NCBI GenBank assembly: GCA_000004695.1
Contig: CM000155.2
Coordinates: 1,440,001 to 1,504,000 of the forward strand
DNA from: Dictyostelium discoideum
Taxonomy: Eukaryota
Direction of reading: 5' to 3'
DNA: 64,000 bases
The position numbers and the translations under genes were made by a program. This document shows positions 29,555 to 42,970 of the stretch, piece after piece. Positions within the stretch are counted from its first letter, which is position 1; every line of letters begins with the position of its first letter. The notes under the pieces are model-generated. The model worked only from the letters and a program-made list of their open reading frames with translations. It was not told where the DNA came from and made no database searches.

Positions 29555-30903
29555 TAAATATAAATAAAGTCTTTTGTATCCATTTATTTATTTATTAAAA
29601 ATAATTTTTTTTTTTTTTTTTATTGTGAAAATCATTCAAATAAAGTTTCAAACTTTTCAAAATTTGAAAATGGTTCATATAAAATATTTATAATCACAAA
29701 CTTGGGAAAATGATTCTTTTAATATTTTTTTTTTTTTTTTTTTTAATCTTCACTACTTTTAATTTTACACTCAAATATATCAATTATTTTTGAAGGATAG
29801 AATTCATTTTGTTTTAAAAAGAAGAAAAAAAATAATAATAATAAATTAATTGGTTTTTGAAAGGTTCATTAAATTTAGTTTGTGTTAGGTCAAAATAAAC
29901 TATAATAATTTATTTTTTAAAACACATAATAATTAAATTATAAATTTTTTTTTTTAAACACACAATAATTAAATATATTTTTTTAATTTTTTTTTTTTTA
30001 AAATTGACAGTTAACTTTTTTTTATTTATATAATCATTTTTTTGTGTATAATTATAGAGAGGTAAAAATATTATTTTAAAATTACATCATATAATTTGAT
30101 ATCCAATATCAATTATGATATTATAAATTTGATTTTAAAAATTAAATATTAATATTAATATTAATAAAATAATTTGTTATTTTTAAAATTATTTTTGAAA
30201 TTATTTGAATTAATTAATTGATTAAAATTGTTGTTTTTACACTTTTTTATTTAAATTTATATGTGAATTTCAAAATAAAAGATGATTTCCATCTGTTATT
30301 CTGGTATTTTTAAAAAGTAAAAATTAAAAAAATAAAAAAATTTAAAAAAAATAAAATAAAAAACAAAAAAAGATGATACAATAAATTTAAAAAACCTTTG
30401 ATTCCAAAGTGGATAATCAATAAAGATAATTTTCATTATAATCTTTAGCTAATTATGTTCATCGGTTATTAAATTTATTATTTTAAATTATATTGATATT
30501 TTTTTTAGATTTTTTTTTTTTCTTTTAATCAATCTTTAATAAAGAATAAAAAAATTAAAAAAAAAGAGAAAAATCATACAATTTTTGAAAATGATTTAAT
30601 TTTATATTATTGATATTTATTATTATTTTTTTTTATTTATTTTATTTAATATTTTTTTTTTTTGGGATTTAAGATTTCCTTGTTAATTAAATTTAAATAA
30701 ATGAATAGATAATTTCAATGTAGCACATTTCAAAGATTACAAATTATATGCTATTTTTAGTATTTGGTAAGAGTACTTACCTATTTCACCACAAATTACA
30801 TTACACCACTACTACCACCACCACCACCACCACCACAATTTTTGAGTTAATTAGTTATTAAATCATAATTTTATATTAAAAAAAAAAAAAACTTCAATTC
30901 ACA

Positions 30904-30942
<39 letters not shown>

Positions 30943-31613
30943 TCGAAGTGTGGTAGGGGTGTGGTTTGTGGAACTACTTCAGAAACTTGTTTTTTTAAAA
31001 ATGAACAGGTGGTGATAATAAATTTAATAACATATAATATTATATAAAATTGTTTAAAAGTGTGTGTGTGTGTGAGTGTGTTTATGTTTTTTAAAATTTT
31101 GTTGGGTTCAAAATAAATTATCATGTGACAGTTATGCGATACCCAGAGAAAAAAAAAAAAAACAAAAAGTAAAAATAGAAACTTCACCCACTTTTGTTAA
31201 TTTATTAAGTACATAAAATAAAAATAATAATAACTATAATAACAATAATTTTAAAAAAAAATAAAAAAATAAAAAAAACAATAAAAAAAAAAAAAAAAAA
31301 ACATACAACATTAAAAATAAAATTAATAAAATATTTGTTGGACAATACAAAACACAAAAAAATTCATTTGTATTTTTATTTAAATTATATTATTTTTTTC
31401 TCAAAAATTAAAAATAAAAATTAATAATTAAATACTCATAATACTTAAAATTATAAGTGAAAATAAATAAATATATTTATTTGTCTTTCATTGATTTTTT
31501 TTTTAGTTTTTTTTTTAAACCTTTTAAATTCTTTTTTATTTATATTTTAATTCTTTTTTTTTTTTTTTTTTTTTTTATATATAAAAATAAATTTTAAATA
31601 AAACCTAAAAATA

Positions 31614-31886
31614 ATGGGTAAAATTATAAATCTATGTGTTTTGGGAGCTTCTTATACAGGAAAAACATGTGTTATTAATGTATGTATTACAAATTACAAA
31701 AATAAAAATAAAAATAAAAATAAAAAAATCTAGATTTTTTAACAAAAGATTTACGAATATAGACATTTTTAAATTCATATTTTGATGAAGAATATTATCC
31801 AACTATCGAAAATAAATCAAGTAAAATATTTTTATATGATAAAATTTTATATAATTTAAATATATATGATACTGGTATGTAAAAAT

Positions 31887-31917
<31 letters not shown>

Positions 31918-32506
31918 AAATAAATTAGATATATTATATTAATATTTACTTTTTTTTTAATATTTATATTTTTTTTTATGTAAATTTTAAAATTTAAAAG
32001 CTGGTTTAAATGAATTTAATAATTTACAATTAATTTCAGATTCAATAAAAAAGTGTGATGGATTTATTATAGTTTATTCATTAAATAATAGAGAATCAAT
32101 TGATAAAATTGATTATTATAAAGATATAATTAAACAATTTAAATTTAAAGATTGTCCAACGATTTTAGTAGCAAATAAAATGGATTTGGTCGATGAAATT
32201 GTAATTAGTAAAACTGAATCATCAGATTTATCATCATATTATAAATGTCCAATGGTAGAATCAAGTTGTAAAAATTTAAATTCAATAGTTTCAGTATTCA
32301 ATTTAATTTTGGAAGAAATTAATAAATCATATTTAGAAATTGAAAAACAAGAAGTTCAAAATAGAAAACTATTACTTAAAAAAACAAAAACAGAATATCA
32401 TTTACAACCAAGTTTAAAGAAAACAAAAAGTGAATTTTGTTTACAAAAGAAAAAAACATTTGTTTCATTTTTTAAAAATACATTTAAAGATATTGTTTCG
32501 AAATAA
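31614..32506 (+). CDS. Atypical Ras-superfamily small GTPase of ~227 aa, 3 exons (31614..31679, 31763..31874, 32001..32506).
   Basis: Exon 1 reads 'MGKIINLCVLGASYTGKTCVIN' (G1 is GxxxxGKT) and ends at donor AAT|GTATGT. Exon 2 reads 'TFLNSYFDEEYYPTIENKSSKIFLYDKILYNLNIYDT(A)' (the effector YxPTIE and G3 DTAG). Its donor is ACT G|GTATGT, and the acceptor is ttaaaag|CT.

Exon 3 reads 'GLNEFNNLQLISDSIKKCDGFIIVYSLNNRESIDKIDYY...CPTILVANKMDL...YKCPMVESSCKN...'. It has NKxD and an SCK in place of SAK.

The Gly12/Gly13 equivalents are Ser/Tyr. The Gln61 equivalent is Leu (DTAGL). There is no C-terminal CAAX (it ends KDIVSK). Confidence 0.7.
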
Positions 32507-32849
32507 TAACTAATAATAATTTTATATATTAAAAAAAAAAAAAAAAAACATATATATATAAGTATATAAATATATAAATATATATATATATATAATTATA
32601 TAATAATAAAACCCCTTTTGTAAATAAATTTATAAATATTAAAATAATATTTAATATTAAAATAAAATAAAAAAAAATAAAAAAAATAGTTAATAAGATT
32701 AACTATAAATAAAAAAAAAAAAAAAAATAAAAAAAAATTATATTTTGTATTTATATATTGAGATTGTTTTATTTATTACTTTTTTAAATTAAATTAAGAT
32801 TTATTGATTTTTTATATCAAAAAAAAAAAAAAGGATGGAAATAATGATT

Positions 32850-33614
32850 TTATTGTTTTTTCTTTGAAGCTAACCATTCATCAATTTTTTTCTTTGTTTC
32901 AACATCATCAATTAACATTTCAGGTGTTAAATGAGATCTATTGAAAGGATCAGTTTGATCACTAAGTAAATGTCTAAGGATAGTTTGTCTATCGATAACG
33001 GTTTTACTTGATGGTAAAATGACAGGATCAGTCATAAGAGTTGATAAGATTGGATCACAGAATTCATCTGGAATATCACCAAGATCTTCTTCAGCTTGTT
33101 CTTCCTCTTTGGCGACTTGTTCAAGTTTAATGACCAATTTTGAGAATTCATCCAATTCATGGTCATTCTTTAACCTTTCTCTTTGAAGAATCTTTTCACA
33201 AGTTTGGAACAATGAATTCTTGAAGGATCTACCATCTCTAACCACTGATTGTAAGAATCTTGGATCTCTACCAAAGTTTACATAGATCTCTGTTAATTGA
33301 TTCAATAATACCTTTGGATTGAAATGATATTTCTCTGGTTCTCTTACTTTGAGATTTGTACATTTTGGACCAACAATTAATGCTAAGAAATAATTCATCA
33401 TTGCTGAAATTCTATCAATTAATTCTGGTCTCATAAATCCACTAATAATGGTTTTATCACTTGATAAAAATAACATCATATCAATATTACTATTTGCTAA
33501 ACTTAAATTTGATTTACAAATTCTTTCATTTAAATCATTTTGTTCAATTTTTTCTTTTCTTTGTTCCTATTTTTATTAGAAATTTAAATATTAATTATTA
33601 AAATTTAAAAATAT

Positions 33615-33646
<32 letters not shown>

Positions 33647-36600
33647 TTATAAATATATATATATAAACTTACAGGTGTTAAATCTTTATCCCAATTTGGA
33701 TCGTCAAATAAAGTTTGATTTTCTTTAATTTTAGCTAATTTAGCAAGTGCTTCATCTAAAACATAAATTGAATCATTGATTAACATATTAATGAATTTAA
33801 TAAATATTGGATCCTTTGGAGTTTCAGTGAATTTCTTTCTAAAGTCTGGAATTGACCAAAGATATTTAAGAATTAAACTACTATAATGACGATATGAAAA
33901 CTTTTCATAAAATTGATTATGACCACCAGTGAACTCAATGTCCACATAGAATCTCATTAATGCCAATACCATATGATCCTTTACATCTTGATTACACTCT
34001 AACAATATTGGATTACCTTTTGAATATTTACTTGGTACAAATTGTGAAATAATTTCAATAATCTTTGCTTTCAAATATGGATTCTTAACATATTCTGGTG
34101 TTGCTAAAATTGTAATAAAAAATTTCATTAATTGTTCTAATTTAATATATTGTAAAACTTGACTAAAATTACTATTTTTTTTTTTTGAGATGAAGAGAAA
34201 GAAAAAAAAAAAAAAAAAAAAAAAAAAATTTATTAATAAATTTATAAAATATATAATATAAATAATAAATTTAAATAATATAAATAAAAACTTACGTTAT
34301 AACAAAAGTAAAGAAATCAACAATATCCTCAATACAAAACTCTGGTAAAGCTGCAAATTGTGGTGGAGCAGGTAATGGTAATGGTAATGGTGTATTCTTT
34401 GGATTGATTACTTTTAATATCCAATTTGTTGCAAATAATAAGAATGATGCAGTTTTTTGTAAAAATGTTGGTTCAAATAATTGTGCATCAATAGTGTATG
34501 TAATACCTTTTAACATATCCTCTTTCTTTGTTAATAAATCTAATTGACCTTCAAATAATCTACCTTGTGGTGTCTATATTTATAAATATGAATGAATGTA
34601 TTAATAAAAGTATTATTATTTATTTTTTTTAAAAAATTTTGTAAAACTTACATTTTGCCATTTAATTTTCGAATCTAATAAAACCCTTTTATTATTTTCA
34701 ATATCTTGTAAATTACGACCAATTAATTTTAATTTTTCATAAGTTGAATTGATACCAATATGTAAAGCTCTTAATGTTGAAAAGAAAGTTTCAGTGATGA
34801 AATTTGTATGAGCCAATGGTTTTTCAATGGTACCATCTTTAACCCATTGATCAGCCTCTTCTGAAGTTGCACATAATCTAGTATCCTTTGTGATATCATG
34901 TCTCTTACCAGAGAGTAAGAAATTAGTATCAACCATTGAAACCTTTGAACAATCGATATCGACAAATGCTTCACATAACAATACCAATACAGCACATAAA
35001 TTCAAAGCAAAACCATCACTACATGCTTTGGTACGATCAACTTGTAATTTATTACGTTCAAGATTCTTTTCAACTGCTGATGCTAACCATGATAAGAATG
35101 CTTCCTTATTCTCTTGTTGTACCTTTAAAAATCCTTTTAATAAATCAACTAATCCATTATGAATATTCATTTGAATTTGTCTAATTGAAATAAATGCATC
35201 ACCAATTGTATTTTTATTCATTGTTGATGCATTTGAAAAGTATTGTTTAATTGTTGATCCCTTTTTTTTTTTTTTTTTATATATATATAAATTAAAATAA
35301 TTATTAATAAAAAATAATAATAAAAATAATAAAAATAAAAATAAAAATAAAAATCAAACCTACATCATCAGAAGCAGAACTTGGTGAAAATAATGAACCT
35401 AAAATTGTATTACGCTCCATTTCTTTACCATTAAAATTTGGACTATTCCAACATTGTAAAGTAACAACAAGATCAGATACAGCTTTAAATTGTACCAATC
35501 TTGAAAATACTTTATAGTATGGGAATACATTACCAGTTAAAGTTGTAGTTGATAAAATTTTTATTAAATCTAAAAATATTGGTTCAAAAATCTATATATG
35601 TAATTTAATATCATAATTAATGTTAAAATTATTGTTCCCAAAATATTAATAATAAAAAAAAAATAAAAAAATACTTACTGGTGTTAGATCTTCTTGGTAT
35701 TCACTTAAAAATTTGAAAATGAATTCATCAGTTAATTCTTCAGTTGTTTCACCACAAAGATAAGGCATTAATTGAACTGGACCAATACCATAGGATGATG
35801 ATGTATTTTGAAACATATCGGGTATGGTTAAAACTAAACCAAAATATAAAAGTACCAATTCGGTTGAATCTTTTAATATTTGTTGATCTATTGCCATTTT
35901 CTTTTTTATAGTTTGTTGAATTCTATTAAAACATGAAATTAAATATTCTACAGCTGGTACACCTTGAACTTTTGTTGATAATCTTTCAACTAATATTCTA
36001 TCTAAAACTGGTTTATCTAATTTCAATTGTCCATCTTTTATCTCTTCTTTAATTTGTTCATTAACTGATGGTAAATAAATTGATTTCTCTGGTAAATTCT
36101 ACATAAAATGAAATAAAATAATATTAATAAAATAATAATTAATTAAATTATTAAAAAAAAAAACACAAAACAAATCATCATCTTACATTATTTGGTTGTA
36201 AATAAATTAAAAATATTTTTTCAAGTACATAGTAATTTGATTCTGTCATAGGAATATCGCATTGTCTGATAGAATCTTTTGTTGTTGGTGCTGGTGCTAC
36301 TGGTTTATTAGTGGTTATTGGGGTTGGTGTTACTGGTTTATTAGTGGTTATTGGGGTTGGTGTTACTGGTTTTAATGGACTGGTAGTAGTGGTGGTAGTA
36401 GTAGTAGTAGTATTTGGGGTTCTAACTGGACTAGTGTTTCCTTTTTGTTGTTGTTGTGATTGTTGTGATTGTTGTTGTTGTTGTTGTAATTGTTGTTGAG
36501 CAGCTGCAGCTGCAATTAATTCTTCATCATTAATTTGAAACTTTTCTAATCTTTTTCTTCTACGTTCTTCTGCTAATGCTTGTTCATCAGTTTCCATTTT

Positions 36601-36705
36601 ATCTTTATTTGAGTCATTGTTATTATTATTTTCATCATTATTATTATTATCATCATCACCATCATCATCACCTCCTCCTCTGAATTTTAAAAACATTTTC
36701 TTCAT
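32850..36705 (-). CDS. Ubiquitin conjugation factor E4 (UFD2/UBE4-type U-box E3/E4 ligase), ~1089 aa, 7 exons. On the minus strand they are 36187..36705, 35679..36098, 35364..35591, 34652..35260, 34296..34573, 33673..34171 and 32850..33566.
   Basis: Exon 1 is acidic, Q-rich and PT-rich, and the ATG is at 36705.

The UFD2 core region spans several exons. It includes 'LSWLASAVEKNLERNKLQVDRTKACSDGFALNLCAVLVLLCEAFVD', 'YVDIEFTGGHNQFYEKFSYRHYSSLILKYLWSIPDFRKKF' and 'INDSIYVLDEALAKLAKIKENQ'.

The last exon holds the U-box, 'DIPDEFCDPILSTLMTDPVILPSSKTVIDRQTILRHLLSDQTDPFNRSHLTPEMLIDDVETKKKIDEWL'.

Every junction uses GTAAGT/GTAGGT donors and (a/t)nAG acceptors of 78-124 nt, with consistent phases. 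Examples are QPNN|GTAAGA...tgtag|AAT, DLTP|GTAAGT...atatatag|ATT, SASDD|GTAGGT...aaaaag|GGA, KWQN|GTAAGT...atatag|ACA, GTT ATA AC|GTAAGT...aaatag|T and DLTP|GTAAGT...aaaatag|GAA. Confidence 0.8.
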
Positions 36706-38094
36706 TTTTTCTTATTTTTTTTTTTTTTTTAAAATTTGTTTTATTTTTTTATTGTTACTATTTAATTAAAGTTGAAAAAGAAATAAATATAAAATAAAAA
36801 TTGATGTAATATGTTTTTATTTGTGTGTTTACTTAATATGAAAAAAAAATAAAAAATAAAATTAAAAAAAAAAATTGGAAATTAATTAAAAAAAAAAAAT
36901 GAAAATTAAAAAAAAAAAAATTAATAAAAAAAATATTTGTGTTCACAAAAAATTAAAAACATTTGTAAAATTCCAATAATTTTATTATTTTTTTTTTATT
37001 ATAATCAAAAACTTTTGTGATTAATCACTACTGACTCAATTTTTATTATTTAACACTTATATCAATTTATTTTTTTTTTTTTATTATGACCAAAAAACTT
37101 TTTTTTTTTTTTTTTTATTTTTCATAAAGTAAATAATTAGAGATCTTGATTTTATGTCTTAACTTTGAGTTATACTTACGTAATTTTAATTTTTTTATGG
37201 ATCAATTAAGAACAAAAGCAAATTGATAAGGAAAAACCATTTAAACAAGTAAATAAAACAACCTCTGTTTCAGTCTCAAACATGGATAATAGAAATAGTG
37301 TACCTTTCCAAATTGAACTTCAAAAACAACAACAAAAAGAAATATAATATTATCACAAATGGATTATCTAAAATAAAGATTATTTGGATGAAAAATTGAA
37401 AATTTTAAACTTAAACTATATAAAAAATAGAATGAAATAATAAATAAAGATATTATTTGTCATAAAATTAAATAATTTTTAAAATATAAATAAAATAAAA
37501 AAAATAAAAAAAAAGTTTTTTATTTATTTTACTAAATCGGAAACAAAAAACCAAAACAGGAATCTATTGATCAATCATTAAAAAGAGTAAAAATGAAAAC
37601 TAAATAAAAAAAAAAAAATTAAAAAGAAAAAATTTCTTTTTTATTTTTCATTCATTAAAATCAATTCTAACAAAATAACTAATAAATAAAAAAAAAACAA
37701 AATGTTTTAAAAAAAAAAAAAACACAATGTTTTAAAAAAAAAAAAAAAACAATTACATTATAAAAAAAAAAAAAAAGAGTCAATGGTATTGTGAAAAAAA
37801 AAAGTAAATTATTTATAAAACATTATTTAAAATAATACCAATTGTTTTTTTATTATTATTATTATTTTTATTTATATATAGGACACAATAATAAAAAAAA
37901 TAATAAATAATAAAATTATTCTTTATTTCAATTTAATAGTATTTTTTCAATTTCTTTTTATGATTAATTAGAGGGTTTAAAGAGTTCAAAAAAAGAAACT
38001 TCAAACATGTAATATTAATTTGTTATGTCAAGTGTTCGAAGGTAAATGAGCTAATTAGAATATTGTAATTCCTGGGTATTACCTCTTTTAAAAT

Positions 38095-38150
<56 letters not shown>

Positions 38151-38788
38151 GAAAAAAAAAGAAAATTAATCAATCACAATTCTCTCTGCCTCTCTCAATA
38201 GATTATAGTTTAACAAAAAAAAACAACAAATCAATCAATATGAAAATCAATCATTTTAAATGAATGTTGTTTTTTTAAATACTATAACAATTTTTTTAAT
38301 AATATCACCTTCAAAAAAAGTAAGTTATTTTTTTTTTTAAATAATAATAATTACCATCACTGAAACTGTAACAATTTTTAAAAATTCAAAATACCTAGGT
38401 CACATCAAAATTTCTATAAATGCGAAGTGTTCTCAAACCAAATAATCCATGATGAAAATGTTGTAGTTAAAGAAGAGATCAAATAAGCTGCTAAAATAAC
38501 TACAATTTCAATATCAATCTTGGATAATAACAATTAAGAAATTTTTTGAAATTTCCCTGCAACATTTTTCAATAAATAAAAAATAATTAAATAAAAAAAC
38601 GATGAATTTAAAACACAATCTTTAATTTTTTTTTTTTTTTTTTTCTATGAGTCATTACGAGGTGAGTGTTATAATAAAAAAAACATAGGACAAGTCGATC
38701 TTTTCAAAAATATGTCAAGCTAATTATAATAAAATAATAATATTTATTTTGTTATTTTTACACGTTAGATATTAGTATTAGTAATGTT

Positions 38789-38798
38789 ATTATTATTA

Positions 38799-38886
<88 letters not shown>
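38789..38886. repeat. (ATT)n microsatellite of ~100 nt in intergenic DNA.
   Basis: Perfect trinucleotide repeat visible directly. Confidence 0.95.
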
Positions 38887-38887
<1 letters not shown>

Positions 38888-39084
38888 AATGATTACTTTT
38901 AAATTTTTTTTTTATTTTATTTTTAAAACCATTAATTTAGATTAAAATTTATTTTTAACTTATTAAAAAAAAAAAAATTTTAAAACATATACAAAAACAC
39001 GTTGTTTTCAATTAAATGAGAAAGTCAAAAAAAAGTTTTTTTTTCTTTTTTTTTTCCTTAATATCTTTTTTTTAATATTAACTT

Positions 39085-39116
<32 letters not shown>

Positions 39117-39614
39117 TTCTCCAAACATATCTTTTTTTAAAAAAAAAAAAAAAAAAGTTTTTGGGTGTTATGTTTAAAATTGGACTATTATCAGTCAAAT
39201 AAAGATAAATTAAAAATTTTTAAAAAAATAAAAAAATAAAAAAAAAAAATAAAAAAAAAAAAAAAAAGGGAAATTAAAGAAAAAATAAAAAAAAAAAAAA
39301 AAAATTTCATTTTTCAATACAGTGTTTTTGAGACACTTAAATATCAAAAAAAAAAAAGCAAATAACACCCAAAAAACAACAATTAAATATCACAATAATC
39401 AAAAAAAAAAAAAAGCCACAATAAATTATATAGCCATATAAGAATAGCTATAATTTATCAAACATTAATATTAATCTCACCAGAATTAACTTCAAATTTC
39501 AAAAAAACAAAAAAAAAAAAAACCACAACTACAATAAAAAAAACCATTACAAATATATATATATATATATATTTATATATATGAATTAAAAAAAAAAAAA
39601 AAAAAAAAAAAAGA

Positions 39615-40727
39615 ATGTTACCAATATCATATACAAATTTAAATAGTAGTCGAATTACAAGAGATGGGACAGCATCATCAGCGTCGAGATATAGAAGGTT
39701 AATACCTGAATATTTTAGAAGAATATTTCATTATCCTCAAATGGATATAGAATATACTTTTTGGATTATGTTTTATTTATGTTTTAACCCATCAAGAGTT
39801 TATAGAGTTACATCATGGCATAAACGTAAGATTAATACATATAAAAAAAAAAAAAAATTAAAAAAAAAAATAAATAAAAATAAAAATAAAAAAATAAAAT
39901 AATAATAATTGTTTACTAATACTATTTAAATTAAAAAAAAAAACAAAAAAAAAAAAAAGAAACAAAGAATCAATGGGCAAGAGATGATCCTGCCTTTGCA
40001 GTTATATTAGTATTTTTTATGGCAATTGCTTCAATGTCTTATGCGATCACTTTTCATTTTTTATCATTTTTAAACGTCATAAAGTTTGTATTTTATTTTA
40101 TTTTATTTTATTTTTAATAATTTATAATGAAAAATATATTAATATTAACTAATGTTTATTTATTATTTATTATTAGAGTTATGTTTTGGGCGGTATTTGT
40201 AGATTTTATTACAGTTGGTTTATTAATTGCAACTATAGGTTGGTGGGTAACAAATAAATTTTTAAGAGTTTCAGTTCATAATCATAGTGTAGATCAAAGT
40301 GTAGAATGGTTATATGCTTTCGATATTCATTGTAATTCATTCTTTCCACTTTTTATCATTTTATATGTCGTTCAAGTAAGTAATTTCATAAATTAAAATG
40401 AAAAAAAATATAAAAAAAAATATATTAATGTTTTTTTTTTTTTTTTTTTCATTTTATTTATGGCATACCTTATAGTTCTTTTTATTACCAATTCTATTAT
40501 CAAATTCATTATTTGCAGCTATATTATCAAATACTTTATATATTATAGGATTTTCTTATTATTACTATGTAACCTTTTTAGGATATAATGCATTACCATT
40601 CCTTCAACACACAGTAGTATTTCTATATCCAATTGGTATTCTTTTTGCTCTATACATTGTGTCTGTAGTAATGGGAAAGAATTTAACTGTATCAATTATC
40701 AATTTCTATTTTGGTTTTCAATTATAA
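39615..40727 (+). CDS. unc50: UNC-50 / GMH1 family Golgi membrane protein, ~261 aa, 4 exons (39615..39825, 39960..40083, 40177..40375, 40476..40727).
   Basis: The spliced product is 'MLPISYTNLNSS...RYRRLIPEYFRRIFHYPQMDIEYTFWIMFYLCFNPSRVYRVTSWHKQTKNQWARDDPAFAVILVFFMAIASM...VGLLIATIGWWVTNKFL...SVEWLYAFDIHCNSFFPLFIILYVVQFFLLP...YYYYVTFLGYNALPFLQHTVVFLYPIG...'.

It matches the conserved UNC-50 blocks nearly residue for residue. These are (FR)QMDFEFAxWQMLYLFTSPxRVYRNFHYRKQTKDQWARDDPAF, VGLLIATL, DVEWGYAFDVHLNAFYPL and YIYVTFLGYSALPFL. The donors are AAA C|GTAAGA, ATA AA|GTTTGT and CAA|GTAAGT. The acceptors are aaaaaag|AA, tattattag|A and ccttatag|TTC. The phases are consistent, and the length matches the human ~259 aa. 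Confidence 0.85.
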
Positions 40728-41022
40728 ATAAATAAATAAATAAATAAATAAATATTTAAATATTTTCAAGAATAAATAAATAAAAAAATAAAATAAAAAA
40801 ATAATATATAATAATATATAATAATAATAAAGCAACACAAAAAAAAAAAGTAATATTTAATAACAAATTTATACTTTTTTTTTTTTTTTTTTTCCCATTA
40901 AAAAATAAATATTTCTTTTCTCTTTATTAATATGCACGCACGCATTTCAATATTTTTATTTTTATTTTTAACTTTAATATGTTTGTTTTTTTTTTTTTTT
41001 ATATATAGATTAAAAATTATGT

Positions 41023-41662
41023 TTAAAGTGGATTCCATTCATCATCCAATAATGAGAAATGAGTTTGAGTTTTATGATCCAATGAATTTACTACTGGCGA
41101 AAAACTTAAAGTAGATTGCGGTCTATTTAATCCATTTATACTATTGTTATAATTATTATCATTATTATTATTATTATTATTATTGTTAAAACTATTATTA
41201 TTATTATTATTATTATTACTATTACTATAAAAACCATTACTACCATTATTAAATGTTGATGGTGGTAAAATTGGTTTTTCCTTTGGTGTTCCAAATGTTT
41301 TATTCATTTTCTCAAATTCTGGGAAAACATTATCAAAACTTGTGCCACTATTATTATTATTATTATTGCTGCGATTATTATTATTATTATTATTACTGAT
41401 GAAACTATTCGTATTATTTACACCATAACTTCCATCCAATAAATTCTTTATATTATTGCTGCTACTATTTAAACTATTATTACCACTACCACTAGAGTTA
41501 CTATTATTTTCGCTTGTAACTAAATCTGATACTTCAATTGGAATTAAAATTGTCTTTTTTATAAATAAAGAATCTTGAGTCCACATATTATTTAATCTTT
41601 TTATATCATTTACCTGTTTTTTTTTTTTTTTTTTTTTTTTTGTTAGGATTTTAAAATGATGG

Positions 41663-41759
<97 letters not shown>

Positions 41760-42087
41760 AATGAGATGATAATGATGATGGATTTAAATTAATTAATTTA
41801 CTCACTTTTACATTATATTTTAATGCTAAACCTTGAAGGGTATCTTTCGGAGTTAATTGATGTACTAAATATTTTGATTTCTCAGCACTATTTTTAATTT
41901 GTGGTGGAGTTGTAGTTTTACTAAATGTTGACATAGTTTTACCAGAGTCATCATATTCATCAGTTCCCATTAATTGTGATAATCCTGATTCTCTACTATT
42001 ATTTCTACTCTTATTAAATTGACCCATTGTTGTTGTTGGTGATGAGGAATTTGATGTAGTTCCATTTAAAAAATCCCAATCTGACAT
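41023..42087 (-). CDS. LysM-domain protein with an N/S-rich C-terminal region, ~290 aa, 2 exons. On the minus strand they are 41806..42087 and 41023..41613. The intron carries a (CAT)n microsatellite.
   Basis: The tool ORF reads straight through as 354 aa with a run of ~40 His. The LysM domain is only intact if the span NVK|GTGAGT ... (CAT)n ... aaaaacag|GTA AAT is removed (192 nt, in frame). This gives 'YLVHQLTPKDTLQGLALKYNVK|VNDIKRLNNMWTQDSLFIKKTILIP', a canonical ~47-aa LysM (Y.V..GDTL..IA.kY.v....L..lN.....l..gq.L.IP). Confidence 0.6.
41650..41760. repeat. (ATG)n/(CAT)n microsatellite of ~110 nt inside the LysM-gene intron.
   Basis: 'gatgatgatg...' ×~37, visible directly. It reads as poly-His on the minus strand. 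Confidence 0.95.
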
Positions 42088-42666
42088 TATTTTGTTTGTG
42101 TAAATATAGTTTCAATTTTCCTATTATTATTTTTTTTTTTTTAGTTATTATGTCTTTTTTTTTTTTTTAATGTTATAGTAAGTATTGTTATTAAATATTG
42201 TGTGTTTATTGATGTTTTAAAAAAAAAAAAAAAAATAAAAAAAAAAAAAAAAAATAAAAAAAAACAAAAAAAAAAATAAAAAAAATAAAAAAAAAAAACA
42301 AAAAAATAAAAAAAATTTAAACAAAAAAAAATAAAATAAAAATAATAATAATAATAATAATACATATATACGTACAGTTACAGTCTATTTTTATAATGAA
42401 AAAAAAAAAAAAAATGGAAATGAGCGAATATATAATATATATATTTTTTTCTTTTTATTTTTCTTTTTCTTTTTCTACACTTTCTGAAAACTGAAAGATA
42501 TTTTTTTTTTTTTTCCTTAAGGCATTAAATTTAAAAAATAAAAAAAATTAAAAAATTAAAAATAAAAAAAAAAAATAGGAAAAAAAAAAAAAAAAAAATA
42601 GGAAAAAAAAAAAAAAAAGGTTTGGGGTATAAGTCATTTGATTTTATTCCTTTTTAAAATTCCATA

Positions 42667-42697
<31 letters not shown>

Positions 42698-42851
42698 TTT
42701 TTAAAAAAAATTAAATAGAATTTTCTTAAATTGTTTTTTAGATTTAATTTTAATTAAAGATAATAAATTAAAATTGTTTATAACGCAATATTTAAATCCA
42801 TATTATTTTCGAAAAAAAAAAAAAAAAAACTGGTTGGGAAATGAGCTGTTT

Positions 42852-42885
<34 letters not shown>

Positions 42886-42970
42886 TTTTAATTTTGATTT
42901 TTTATTTTTTTATTTTTTTTTTTTTATTTTTTTTATTCCAGGCAGTCCATTACCATCACCAAAAAAAAAA

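Noticed and set aside
30930-31090. GC-rich patch 'ATGTCGAAGTGTGGTAGGGGTGTGGTTTGTGGAACTACTTCAGAAACTTG...' plus a (GT)n microsatellite. It could be the first exon of a small gene.
   Set aside because: The 23-codon ORF is followed by no convincing donor/acceptor pair and no downstream in-phase exon. A (GT)n simple repeat explains much of the composition shift.
41650-41760. Poly-histidine 'domain' in the 354-aa LysM ORF.
   Set aside because: It lies within a GT...AG intron whose removal restores a canonical LysM domain, and it is a (CAT)n microsatellite. It is most likely intronic rather than a His-tag-like domain.
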